Source of the DNA: Anolis carolinensis
Taxonomy: Eukaryota
Reading direction: 5' to 3'
DNA length: 64,000 bases
Assembly: GCF_035594765.1 (NCBI RefSeq)
Contig: NC_085843.1
Coordinates: forward strand, 147,723,971 to 147,787,970
Part shown: positions 40,412 through 50,408 of the stretch, piece by piece
Numbering within the stretch: position 1 is the first letter of the stretch
How the letters are laid out: each line of letters begins with the position of its first letter
Position numbers and translations under genes: made by a program
The notes under the pieces: generated by a model
The model's input: only the letters and a program-made list of their open reading frames with translations
What the model was told of the DNA's origin: nothing
Databases searched by the model: none

Positions 40412-40453
40412 CCATAAAAAGTTTATTGCAGCAATAAACCCGTCAGGAAGACG

Positions 40454-41254
40454 ATGGATGAGTTAAGGGCCAGATTTGACCAATTGCAGACGGCTTTTAT
40501 CGTTAGCCAAACAGCTCATGCTGTGAAAGGACATGTTTTGCCTCCTGAACGCTTTGACGGAACCAGGTGCAAGTTGCCAACCTTTTTGGCACAAGTGGAG
40601 CTTTATTTTTCTCAGCTCAGTGCTCATGCTTTTCCTACAGACACTAGCAAGGTGGCCTTTATTTTGAGTTTGTTGACCGGTCCCGCAGGACAATGGGCCA
40701 CTAATTTAATTTTGGGAAATGACCCAGTCAAGGACAATTTGAATAATTTCAAAAAGTTGTTAACTGATACTTTTGGGGATCCTCTCCGCACGGAGAACGC
40801 TGGGTGGGCTCTGTATCGGTTGAAACAGGGAAAGGGGACTGTTTTGGATTACTTAAATAAGTTTAACCTGTATCGCCACCAGCTGGATTGGGGGGAAAAT
40901 GCATTCATGCTTTTATTTACTGCCGGGTTAAGTGATATGCTCCAGGATGAATTAGCACGCTTGGAGCCGGCTGAAAGCTGGGACGCCTTAGTAGCCAAGG
41001 TGCTGCGTTTAGACGCAAGGTTCGAGGCTCGCAAACACTCAAAAGCAATGTGTGCGCCACCCATGCATGTAACCAGGGCACCTGTGGTGATGGGGGAAGA
41101 GCCCATGGAGCTTGGGGTCTTTAAAAAGCTGTCTACAGAGGAAAAGAGCCGTAGGAGGCAGCTGGGCTTGTGTTTGTACTGTGGGAATGCTGGGCATTTT
41201 GCCAAAGATTGTAATGTGAAACCTTCCCAGCTTTCGGGAAAAGGCCAGCCCTAG
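40454..41254 (+). CDS. gag: Gag, 266 aa, retrotransposon capsid plus CCHC zinc knuckle
   Basis: PERFDG...FLAQ, LxQGxxxV..Y...F major-homology-like region, EPMELG and CLYCGNAGHFAKDC, as in sushi/PEG10-type Gag. Confidence 0.95.
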   Translation: MDELRARFDQLQTAFIVSQTAHAVKGHVLPPERFDGTRCKLPTFLAQVELYFSQLSAHAFPTDTSKVAFILSLLTGPAGQWATNLILGNDPVKDNLNNFKKLLTDTFGDPLRTENAGWALYRLKQGKGTVLDYLNKFNLYRHQLDWGENAFMLLFTAGLSDMLQDELARLEPAESWDALVAKVLRLDARFEARKHSKAMCAPPMHVTRAPVVMGEEPMELGVFKKLSTEEKSRRRQLGLCLYCGNAGHFAKDCNVKPSQLSGKGQP

Positions 41255-41282
41255 TGCGACGTGAGTCCAACGCACTAGGGCT
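41236..41282 (+). promoter_or_regulatory. -1 programmed ribosomal frameshift signal
   Basis: G GGA AAA heptamer in the gag frame (41236-41242), followed by a perfect 12-bp stem AGCCCTAGTGCG / CGCACTAGGGCT (41247-41258 / 41271-41282). Confidence 0.85.
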
Positions 41283-44200
41283 CCTCAAGCAGTCAACTGA
41301 GGGGAGGAAGCATGTTTTCGTACCCATTACATTATCTGTTGGGGGAAGGGAACTTGTTTCTACTTTGGCACTGCTGGACTCAGGGGCTACGGTCTCTTAT
41401 GTAGATATTGAGTTTGCTAAGAAGCATGGCATTCCTAGAGTGCGCAAGGCATGCGACGTGTGGGTGGAAGGAGCAGATGGGAGACTGCTGGAGACTGGGG
41501 TGGTTAACCATGAAACCTCAGCAGTAATGTGGGAGGTGCAGGGAGTAACGGGAACGTTTGTGTGGGATATTACGAGCTTGCCTAGATATGATGTGATCCT
41601 GGGGATGGATTGGCTAGCTGTAGTAAACCCACAAGTAGATTGGGCGACACGTAAAGTGATCTTAAAGAGGCAGGATTGTTGCACTCTAAATGTTACTCAT
41701 TCTGATATGGAGGGAGTGCCTGCTGAGTATGGGGAGTTCTCTGATGTATTTTGTAAAAGAGAAGCGGACAAATTACCACCGCACAGGCCATATGATTGCG
41801 CCATCAAGTTGGCAGAAGGTGCGAAATTGCCAGCAGGGAGGCTGTATGCCTTGACTGTACTGGAAAGGCAAGCTTTGCGGGAGTTTCTAGATGAAAATTT
41901 AGCCAAGGGGTTTATTCGCCCATCTAGTTCTCCAACTGCGGCACCAGTATTCTTTGTAGCCAAAAAGACTGGGGAACTTAGGCTGGTCTGCGACTATCGG
42001 ATCCTAAACAAATACACCATTCGGGATAGGTACCCGCTCCCTTTAATCTCGGAACTGTTATCAAGGGTGCAAGGGGCTAAGGTCTTTACCAAGCTTGACC
42101 TGCGGGGGGCCTATAACTTAATCCGTATACGGGAAGGGGATGAATGGAAGACGGCATTTAACACGTGTTTCGGATGCCACGAGTTCCGAGTCATGCCTTT
42201 TGGGCTTTGTAATGCTCCTGCGGTCTTCCAGAGGTTCATGAACGATGTGTTCAGGGACCTAATTGACCAACTTTTAGTGATTTATTTGGATGATATCTTG
42301 GTTTTTTCTAAGGACGAGAAAGAACATCGTCAACATGTCAAGCAGGTTCTGCACCGACTGCGGGCTAATGGGCTTTTCGCCAAGGCTTCCAAGTGCGTCT
42401 TTCATGTGCCTGAAGTGGAGTTCCTAGGTCATGTAGTGTCAGGTAGGGAACTTAAAATGGACCCACATAAGGTTGACGCCGTCAACTCATGGCAGGAGCT
42501 GAAGACTAAGAAGGATGTACAAAGGTTCTTAGGTTTCGCTAATTACTACCGGGAGTTTATTCCGAATTTTGCAAAGCTCACGGTACCTTTGACGCAGCTC
42601 CTGCGCAAGAAACAGCCATTTGTGTGGGGGCGGGAAGCTCACGAGGCGTTTCTACAACTTAAGTCTAGTTTTCAATCGGATAACATACTAACCCATCCTG
42701 ATGTTGACAAACCGTTCGTGGTAGAAGCGGACGCTTCTAGCTACGCGTTGGGGGCTGTATTGTCTCAGAAGGATTCCTCAGGGACCTTGCGTCCCTGTGG
42801 ATTTTACTCGCGGCAACTAACACCCTTCGAGCAGAACTATACCATATGGGAGAAGGAGTTGTTGGCGATTAAGGTGGCGTTTGAGGTGTGGCGGCACTGG
42901 CTTGAAGGGGCACGGCACCAGATCGTGGTCAGATCTGATCACAAGAACTTAGAGCACTTGCAAACAGCAAAGAAGTTAAACCAGCGTCAAATCCGATGTG
43001 CTTTGTTTTTCTCCAGGTTTAACTTCAAGGTGCAGTTCGTGGAGGGGAAGGCAAACTTGCGGGCCGATGCTTTATCCCGCAAGCCGGAGTTTAAGACCAA
43101 TGAGCAGGTAGTATGTCAGACCATCTTGCCTACTGCCTCTCTGTGTGTTGTAGATAATGAGCTCGGGTTACATGACCAGATCCTTGAGGCTCAGAGGGAT
43201 GATGTGTGGACACAGGAGCAACTGATGCTGCTCTCAGCAGGTAACCGTACCATACTGCCGCATCTACAAGATCAAGACGGAGTATTGGTACGCAGGGGGC
43301 AGGTCTACGTACCAGTGGGGGCCCTCAGGTTGGAGGTGATTAGAGCCCACCATGACGAACCCATGGCTGGGCACTTTGGCAGGTTCAAGACCGTACAGCT
43401 TATCACCAGGAGCTACTGGTGGCCAAAGATGCGGCAAGACATTCTGCGCTTTTGTGACAGCTGCGCCGTTTGCCAGCAGAGTAAGACGCCTGTTGGGCGC
43501 CCTAGAGGGTTGTTGTCGTCTCTACCTGTTCCGGAGAGGGCATGGCAAATCATTTCCATGGATTTTATTTCAGATTTGCCTAAGTCTGGGGGTTATACTT
43601 GTATTTGGGTGGTGGTGGATTTATTTAGTAAACTGGCTCATTTTATTCCTTGTTCAACCATTCCGGCGGCCCCTACGTTGGCCTTACTATTTACTAAGCA
43701 CATCTATCGTTTGCACGGAGCACCCGAGGTGATTATTTCAGATAGGGCTCCGCAATTTGTGTCACGCTTTTGGAAACATTTCCATGAGTGCTTGGGGACT
43801 AAGTTAAACGTTTCTTCAGCCTTTCATCCGCAAACGGATGGACAGTCGGAACGGGTTAATGGGCTCTTAGAGCAGTATTTGCGTTGTTTTTGTTTAGATC
43901 AACCCACGGCTTGGGTGAAGTGGTTACCGGTGGCGGAATTCGCTTACAACAATGCGGTGCACACGTCTAGTCAGCATACGCCATTTGAGCTAACTTATGG
44001 TTTTCACCCACGGGGAGGTGTGGCGCCGTCGACCAATGTGGTCTCTTCGGACCCTGTATACCGCTCTTCGGAAATGGCTGCATTGCATGATGTTGCCCGT
44101 CGCTTACTGTTGGAAGCTGAGGCAACGCAGAAGACTCAGGCTGACCGCCACAGGCAGGCAGGGGAGGAGTTGGAAGAAGGGGATTTGGTGTGGTTATCTT

Positions 44201-44859
44201 CCAAACATATTAAACAGGCTGGGGGAAAGTTTGCGCCTCGGTATTTGGGTCCCTTTCCTATCGTTAAAAAGATTTCTTCCGTTGCGTTTCGTTTGCGTTT
44301 ACCGTCTAGTTTAAAGGTCCATCCAGTCTTTCATCGTTCGCTGTTGAAACTTGATACCTCTAGTCGTCGTGGTGCTATAGCGGAGGGTATCACTGCCACT
44401 TCTCCGCCATCGGGGGAGGAGGCCTTTGTGAGAGGGGATAGTGTTATGATTGAGCCTCATGGCTCTGTTACTGACAGACGTGGGCGTAAGACTCCTCGAG
44501 AGTCAGATACTCTCGAGGAGCGAGAGAGAAAAAGACTGCGAGACATATTTGCAGCACCATCTGACGAAGAGTCTTTCGAGGGGTTTACGGAGAGAATGGA
44601 GGAGGGGCTGGTTAGCTCAGAGGAGGATGAGATGGATTGGACTCGGGTAAGGGAGGAATTGGGTGCCACTGGCCATGATGGGATAGAAGATGAATGGGGA
44701 CCTTCAGGATTAGACCCATGGCTTAGCTGGAGGGATGGGACGGGATCCACAGCTGGAGATGCTGTTGGGCGTAGTCAGAGGTGTTCCAGCTCTGACGAGG
44801 AAAGTGATGAGGAAACGCCCGGGTTAAGGAGGACAGCTGACAGTGATGAGGATTTGTAA
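41254..44859 (+). CDS. pol: Pol (protease, RT, RNase H, integrase plus LTR-encoded acidic tail), most likely made as Gag-Pol by -1 frameshift near 41236-41242
   Basis: LLDSGA protease, YLDD RT, ADAS..LGAVL and EKELLAI RNase H, HH..CC zinc site, D-D-E core, GPF and HPVFH..LLK module; uninterrupted 1201-codon ORF in the -1 frame relative to gag. Confidence 0.96.
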   Translation: MRRESNALGLLKQSTEGRKHVFVPITLSVGGRELVSTLALLDSGATVSYVDIEFAKKHGIPRVRKACDVWVEGADGRLLETGVVNHETSAVMWEVQGVTGTFVWDITSLPRYDVILGMDWLAVVNPQVDWATRKVILKRQDCCTLNVTHSDMEGVPAEYGEFSDVFCKREADKLPPHRPYDCAIKLAEGAKLPAGRLYALTVLERQALREFLDENLAKGFIRPSSSPTAAPVFFVAKKTGELRLVCDYRILNKYTIRDRYPLPLISELLSRVQGAKVFTKLDLRGAYNLIRIREGDEWKTAFNTCFGCHEFRVMPFGLCNAPAVFQRFMNDVFRDLIDQLLVIYLDDILVFSKDEKEHRQHVKQVLHRLRANGLFAKASKCVFHVPEVEFLGHVVSGRELKMDPHKVDAVNSWQELKTKKDVQRFLGFANYYREFIPNFAKLTVPLTQLLRKKQPFVWGREAHEAFLQLKSSFQSDNILTHPDVDKPFVVEADASSYALGAVLSQKDSSGTLRPCGFYSRQLTPFEQNYTIWEKELLAIKVAFEVWRHWLEGARHQIVVRSDHKNLEHLQTAKKLNQRQIRCALFFSRFNFKVQFVEGKANLRADALSRKPEFKTNEQVVCQTILPTASLCVVDNELGLHDQILEAQRDDVWTQEQLMLLSAGNRTILPHLQDQDGVLVRRGQVYVPVGALRLEVIRAHHDEPMAGHFGRFKTVQLITRSYWWPKMRQDILRFCDSCAVCQQSKTPVGRPRGLLSSLPVPERAWQIISMDFISDLPKSGGYTCIWVVVDLFSKLAHFIPCSTIPAAPTLALLFTKHIYRLHGAPEVIISDRAPQFVSRFWKHFHECLGTKLNVSSAFHPQTDGQSERVNGLLEQYLRCFCLDQPTAWVKWLPVAEFAYNNAVHTSSQHTPFELTYGFHPRGGVAPSTNVVSSDPVYRSSEMAALHDVARRLLLEAEATQKTQADRHRQAGEELEEGDLVWLSSKHIKQAGGKFAPRYLGPFPIVKKISSVAFRLRLPSSLKVHPVFHRSLLKLDTSSRRGAIAEGITATSPPSGEEAFVRGDSVMIEPHGSVTDRRGRKTPRESDTLEERERKRLRDIFAAPSDEESFEGFTERMEEGLVSSEEDEMDWTRVREELGATGHDGIEDEWGPSGLDPWLSWRDGTGSTAGDAVGRSQRCSSSDEESDEETPGLRRTADSDEDL
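44430..44441 (+). promoter_or_regulatory. Polypurine tract
   Basis: GAGAGGGGATAG directly abuts the TG start of the 3' LTR. Confidence 0.8.
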
Positions 44860-45591
44860 CTGGCATAAAATGGGGCTTGGGAGCAATTGCAAATTGCGTT
44901 GGGCAAGGTAATCTGGACAAACGCTTGGGATCTGTGTGTGTGGGACGCTTTCCTGAAGACTGGTGTGTTTTCCTGTGCTGAGACGTAAGTGGTTTTGGAA
45001 TTCAGGGTCAGACGGCGGGAGGAATTGTGTGGGCATTTGTTTGTGCAAACCTATGCTTACTCTTATTAGCTTGACCTTCCGTCGTCTTCTTGACGGACGC
45101 CATCTCCTGCTTTGAAAACTCGGACTGAACTGACCACGGCTTGTCTTCCCCCCCTTCTTGGACTTGGAAAAACTACAAACGTCTGCTTCTGGCTTTGATC
45201 TACGGAACGGAACTGGTCTACTCTACTGCTACAATCCTTGGCTGATCTGCTCGTGTTGGAAATCCTGTCTGCTGTGTGTGTGTGGGAGCGACGCAAGTTA
45301 CTCTAAGCACAGTGTTGGCAGCAGAGAGGAATCTGCTGCCAATTAGTTGCATTCTTTGTATCTTTTGTTCCTTGGCTTTCGTTTTGTTTATACCCAGGCT
45401 GAAGCAAGCAGTTTGTTTTTACCCGGATTAAACTCCGGTTTAATCCGGTTTATCTTTTGAACATTTACTTTTGTCCCTTTTTGCTCCTAAAGGCAAATAC
45501 TGCCTGGCCCTTGTGTTTTACGGGCATTTTTTGAGTTCTGTAATCTAATAAACTCTGTTACTTTGAATCTTGTGGCGTTCTGTCCTTGACA
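44442..45591 (+). repeat. 3' LTR
   Basis: Direct repeat of the 5' LTR at offset 5193, followed by TSD GTGAT. Confidence 0.97.
45547..45552 (+). terminator. LTR polyadenylation signal (copy at 40354-40359)
   Basis: AATAAA about 40 nt before the LTR end, followed by GT/T-rich sequence. Confidence 0.65.
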
Positions 45592-47039
45592 GTGATCATT
45601 TTACACAAGTTGCCATTTGAATATAGTTCTATTAGCAATGAAATTGAACTTTTTCCATGTTGGCATATGCAGTCTACTTTTACAGATAAGTATAGTTTTT
45701 GAATGTATATTTTCTGACTGTATATTAGATTGTCTGTGTCAAATAATCAATAAAATAACTTTAAAAAGATTAAAACATTAAAAAATATTTTGATCATCAT
45801 TTTCTGTTATCATTCTAATTCTGGTGCTCTCAGAAATTTAACACTTGAATCACTATGAGCCTGATATTGCATCCATATTTGAGGGTGTTGTACCAGCAAA
45901 GCCATGGTGCTGTTGGTTACTAGGGCCAAGCCAATGTTTTTATGCAAAAATCTATTTGTACACAGCACAGTATTTCTGTGTGCCCCTATGCATGTACCCA
46001 GAAACACACACAAATCTTTGTAAAATTTTCACTGAAAAGGGCCTGAAAAATGTCCATCTAGTAAAATTTCACCCAGTAGAAGAAAGCTGATATTTTTGTT
46101 CCTTTGTGAGAGACTGATTACAGATGTGCACTTCTAAATTACAGTGACTTAAGGTGTAGGCTTAGCATCATCATAGAGGAAAAAATAGATATTCATAATT
46201 ATCTGAGTCAAAAGGAAATGAGTACAGTGAGTAAAGAGTACAGTTAGTTTCCCAGGAGATGACTGAAGAGGGTTAGTTGTTATCACAGAGATCCAATTCA
46301 GAGGGAAGTAACCCAAAGCTATTTCCAACAGTTAAAAATGTCATAAGCAATTAACCTGTAATTATCCTCTAAATATCACATCACCATGCTCTGTATAGGT
46401 AAAACAAATTTGAAAACAGTTACTGCTGCACATATTGAAATAAAGTGAATTGCCATTTAATGAAAGTTGAAGAGTCAGACTACAAACGTGTACAGCCAAA
46501 TTGCTTGGAGGAGGGAAAATCAAGGGATTACTTTAAATGAAAGTGGTTTGGCCTGTGCAAGAACACAGGATAATACAAGCCAAAAAGGTTCTCCAAGCTG
46601 GAAAGGGTGTTGCCTTAAGCACTGACATTTGAAAGGAATAATGCTACAAATGAAAGTATTTTGGGAAGCATGTGTAAATACTACGAGTAATTTAAGTTCT
46701 CATGGAAACAGAGGAGTGAAAGAGGCTAGAAAGAAACAGAAGCCTTTTTGATTCACATCACCAATGGAGGATATCCCCTCAAATAAAAATAACATTCAAA
46801 TTGTTGACTTCAACTCTCTATAAAAATTCATTTACACAGGATTGTGATGATCTATTTAGGCTACTGGGGATATGCCCTGTTTCTGCTTTTGTGTTTTTAT
46901 TGTTCTATTACTGCCCTCATCACTAGAATACTACACTACACAAAAATATTCTACACATATTAGGGAGATGCAGACTTGTTAAGTCTACATCTGGGAAATT
47001 CCTCCACTCTGGCCAGTTGTTAGAACTAGGGCCACTTTA

Positions 47040-48120
47040 TAAAGTAATAGCCATTCTGGCTGCCCTGGGCAGAGATTTGCAATGCCCAGGGGCAGCCACC
47101 AAGAAGGCTCTCTCTTGCATTCCTAACAACTGTGCTTGTGATGGTAGTGGGATTGTGAGAAAGGCCTCCTATGATGATCTCAGAGCCCAGGCCTGCACAG
47201 GGAGATAAATCTGCCTATTAGCCTGAACTTGAGCCATATATGACTTTACAGGTAATGACAAGCAATTTGAATTGTGCCCAGAAAAAATGGTAGCTAGTGT
47301 TGCAACAAAGGAGTTGTGTGTCACAGGCCTCATCTAACCTCCCATATAATGTAGTTTCATATAATGAACTGTGTTATATGGGTCTACATTGCCATGCAAT
47401 GCAGTCCAATAAGTTAGAATGCATTATGAAGCTACATTATATGGCAAAGTAGATGGGGGCTCAGTGAAGTCTTGCTGCAGCTCTTTGGACCAGCTAAAGT
47501 TTCCAAACACTCTTCAACACCCAGAAAGAGCACATTACAGTAATCCAAATCTAATCCAACTAAGGCATGCACCACCATAGCTAGATCATTAGACTCAAGG
47601 AATGGGTGCAGTTGATGCACAACTTTTTAAATGTACAAAGGCATTTTGGTCATCACAGAAATCTAGGTCTTCAGGTTCAACAGTGAGCTCAGGAGTACCT
47701 CCAAACTGTGGACCTGTGTCTTCATGGGAAATGTAAACCCATCTAGTACAGCCTTTCCCCTGGTTTGCCTTCTGAAGAACATGAGCACTTTAAACTTGGC
47801 CGGATTAAGTTTCAATATTTTTGCCCTTGTTCAATGCATTACTGATGACAAACACTGGCTTAGGACCAGGACAGCTTCATTGGCTTGAAGTGGAAAGGAG
47901 AAGTAAAAGATGTTATCACCTTATAGATGGCATAGCACCCCAAAACACTGGATGGGCTCTCCTGGTGGTTTTGTGTATATGTTAAATAGCATGAGGGACA
48001 CAACTGAGCCCCGAGAGACTGAGCCACTGTCCAGGGCTCAAGCAGGAATTCTTCAGCATTACCATCTGGGTTCACCTCTCCAGAAAGGAACAGAGTCACT
48101 TTAAAACAGTGCCCTCAATA
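47040..48120 (-). mobile_element. Degraded L2 ORF2 fragment with a nested palindromic MITE (about 47328-47462)
   Basis: HALV...LDYCN.L motif; homologous to the other L2 copies in the window. Confidence 0.75.
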
Positions 48121-49900
48121 CCCATCTCAGCTATTTAAACTATTTAACTCATTAAGTTATTGTGAAGTCATCTAAGTGCATAACTCTGATGCCAAATTCT
48201 CTCTCTATCATCTCCTCAACTGCTAAGGGCAAAGTCCCCAGGTCAGCATGAACTTCATTGGAGATTGTGAGACTGCCACTACAGGATATCCCAATCATAA
48301 TGTGCCATCTGCTGCAACAGAGGTACCTTTTCCGCAAAGCAAGGCCTGATTAAACTTGTAATATGACATTTGCTGATGAGATTCTGGAGATTTGTGTGTG
48401 TGTGTACTGATTTATTAAATTTATTTTTAAAATATATGATTTAGGTTATTTTTGGTAACTTATTGAGTTCGACAAGACTGATGTCAAATGGTGTGCATAC
48501 AGGACTACAACTTTAATGAGTTTCCTAGCTTACTGGGATTTGAATTTACTAGTCATCAACTTTTACTCTGTCCATAACCAAATTTAGGCTCTCATCATTT
48601 TTGACTCTTGGGATTTTATTTCTGTAGGTACAAGCTATTACAAACAAAAAAAGAATGGAAATGATGGAACACAAGCAAATAGCTAGGTGAAACATGCAGG
48701 ATCAATGAGTTCAGGTTCTGTGAGAAATGCAAGGTTGCTTTGTGCTAGGATGACATAGACAAAAAGAGTCGTTGATAGTCATTAAATGGATAGTATTTAC
48801 CTGCAAAATGAAAAATGAAACTGTCTCAGAGAAGGTCTTTATGTCTGTATCATTTGTTTGGCCACAATTATTATTGGTTTTGTACACATAGCTCCTTCTC
48901 TGATAGGTTAGGTCTGAGATTACTGATTTGGTCTCTGAGCAATGTCACCTGGTTCACTTCTGTATGCAAATATAAGAAAAACATTTTTTCACAATTACAG
49001 CATTATGGAAAAGGAGACATGTTTAAAGGGAACACAAAAACCCTCCTGAACCAACTGGAACATATTCTGAGATCTAGATAAAATCTCTCTTAGCTAATAT
49101 GAAACAATTTAAAATTTAAAATAGCTAAAAAAGAATTCAAATAGACTATTAGCATATAACAACATTTTAAAACAAAGATTTGATACTTTATACTGTAAAT
49201 CTTTGAAATGGTTTTAGAAACATCATATTCCAAGATCCTCGAAGCTTTATTTGTGAATTATCATTGGCTTAAAATTAGCTTAATGCAAGGGTGGACTGCA
49301 TCTGACTACAGCCACTATTGTCTGCCTCCATACACACTCAAAATTGTCCCTAGGTTGAGATCGTAAACTTTTATTAGCCTTGGCTAACGTATTTAGCCAT
49401 TTCCTGTCCTGCCTTTAAAAATTCTTTGGGAGTCTTTAGGGCCAGGAAATCCCTCAGCCCCAAATGGCCAATAGCTCCTCTTTGAAGTATAGGGGACACA
49501 TCTAGTCAATGTTACTTGGCAAGTATTACAGTGGGGGCATAGGGCACCCAAATGGCATCGGTTGAATGCAGTTTGTCACCTTAACTGAAAAGGTATTTTT
49601 ATTAACGGCGTAAAAAAGTAGTGCCATTTAAATTTGCTTAGTTGTAGTCTAAATATGCATTTAATGTATCAATGCAAGTATAAAATGAGATTTCTGGAAA
49701 ATATCCAGCATTACCAACATAAGTTGTTGCATCTGTCTGTAATTTTAATGGCACAAATTGTAAAAATGTGAAAATGTGTAAATCTAACCCACTTAAATCC
49801 ATGCCTCTGAATGTCACCTCCATGCCACCACCATTCCATGAGGCCATGGGGCTCTGCCCAAGTTTCTGGCCATTGTGGATGTTTCTGTTGATGTCAAAAT

Positions 49901-50408
49901 ATTTATTTTATTTATTTATTCATTTACGGTATTTAGATTCCTCCCTTCTCACACCAAAGGGGAGTCAGGACAGAACGAGAGAAGGACCTTCTTAGTGGTG
50001 GCACCACGGCTGTAGAACTCCTTCCCCAGTGACATTAGACTGGCCCCATCCGTCCTGGTCTTCAGGAAAAGAACTAAAGACCTAGCTCTGTACACAGGCA
50101 TTTGGGGAGTAGGGCAACATGGAATTCAACCTAACCGAGCAGTCTGAATAATAACTATGAAAACTAAGAAATTGGAAACCACATTTGGTATTTTGTATGT
50201 TTCTTATCTGTATTACTGTTTCTAATCTGTTTTGTTGTTTTCATGTTTTAATTGTGTATATGTTTTAACTGTTTTATAATGTAATATGTGTGTTATTGTT
50301 ATGTGCACTATATGGCACTGATTTTTTCCCGTAGTTTGTAAAGCTGCTCTGAGTCCCCTTTGGGGTGAGAAAGGTGGAGTATAAATAGAGTAAATAAATA
50401 AATAAAAT
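49901..50408 (+). mobile_element. L2 3' fragment with an inverted copy of the L2 terminus at its 5' end
   Basis: 49901-49970 is the reverse complement (roughly 85% identity) of 50347-50408. Confidence 0.75.

Larger units (their letters stand above)
39249..45591 (+). mobile_element. Full-length Ty3/Gypsy LTR retrotransposon, Tf1/sushi-like (PEG10/RTL-related lineage)
   Basis: Two 1150-bp TG...CA direct repeats, 5-bp TSD GTGAT (39244-39248 and 45592-45596), intact gag and pol ORFs in PR-RT-RH-IN order, PPT before the 3' LTR. Confidence 0.98.

Noticed and set aside
40399-40420. tRNA-type PBS
   Set aside because: No TGG (complement of tRNA CCA) next to the LTR; complementarity is to the element's own LTR.
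44350-44859. env gene or chromodomain after integrase
   Set aside because: No signal peptide, transmembrane segment or chromodomain aromatic-cage pattern; the sequence is acidic and low-complexity.
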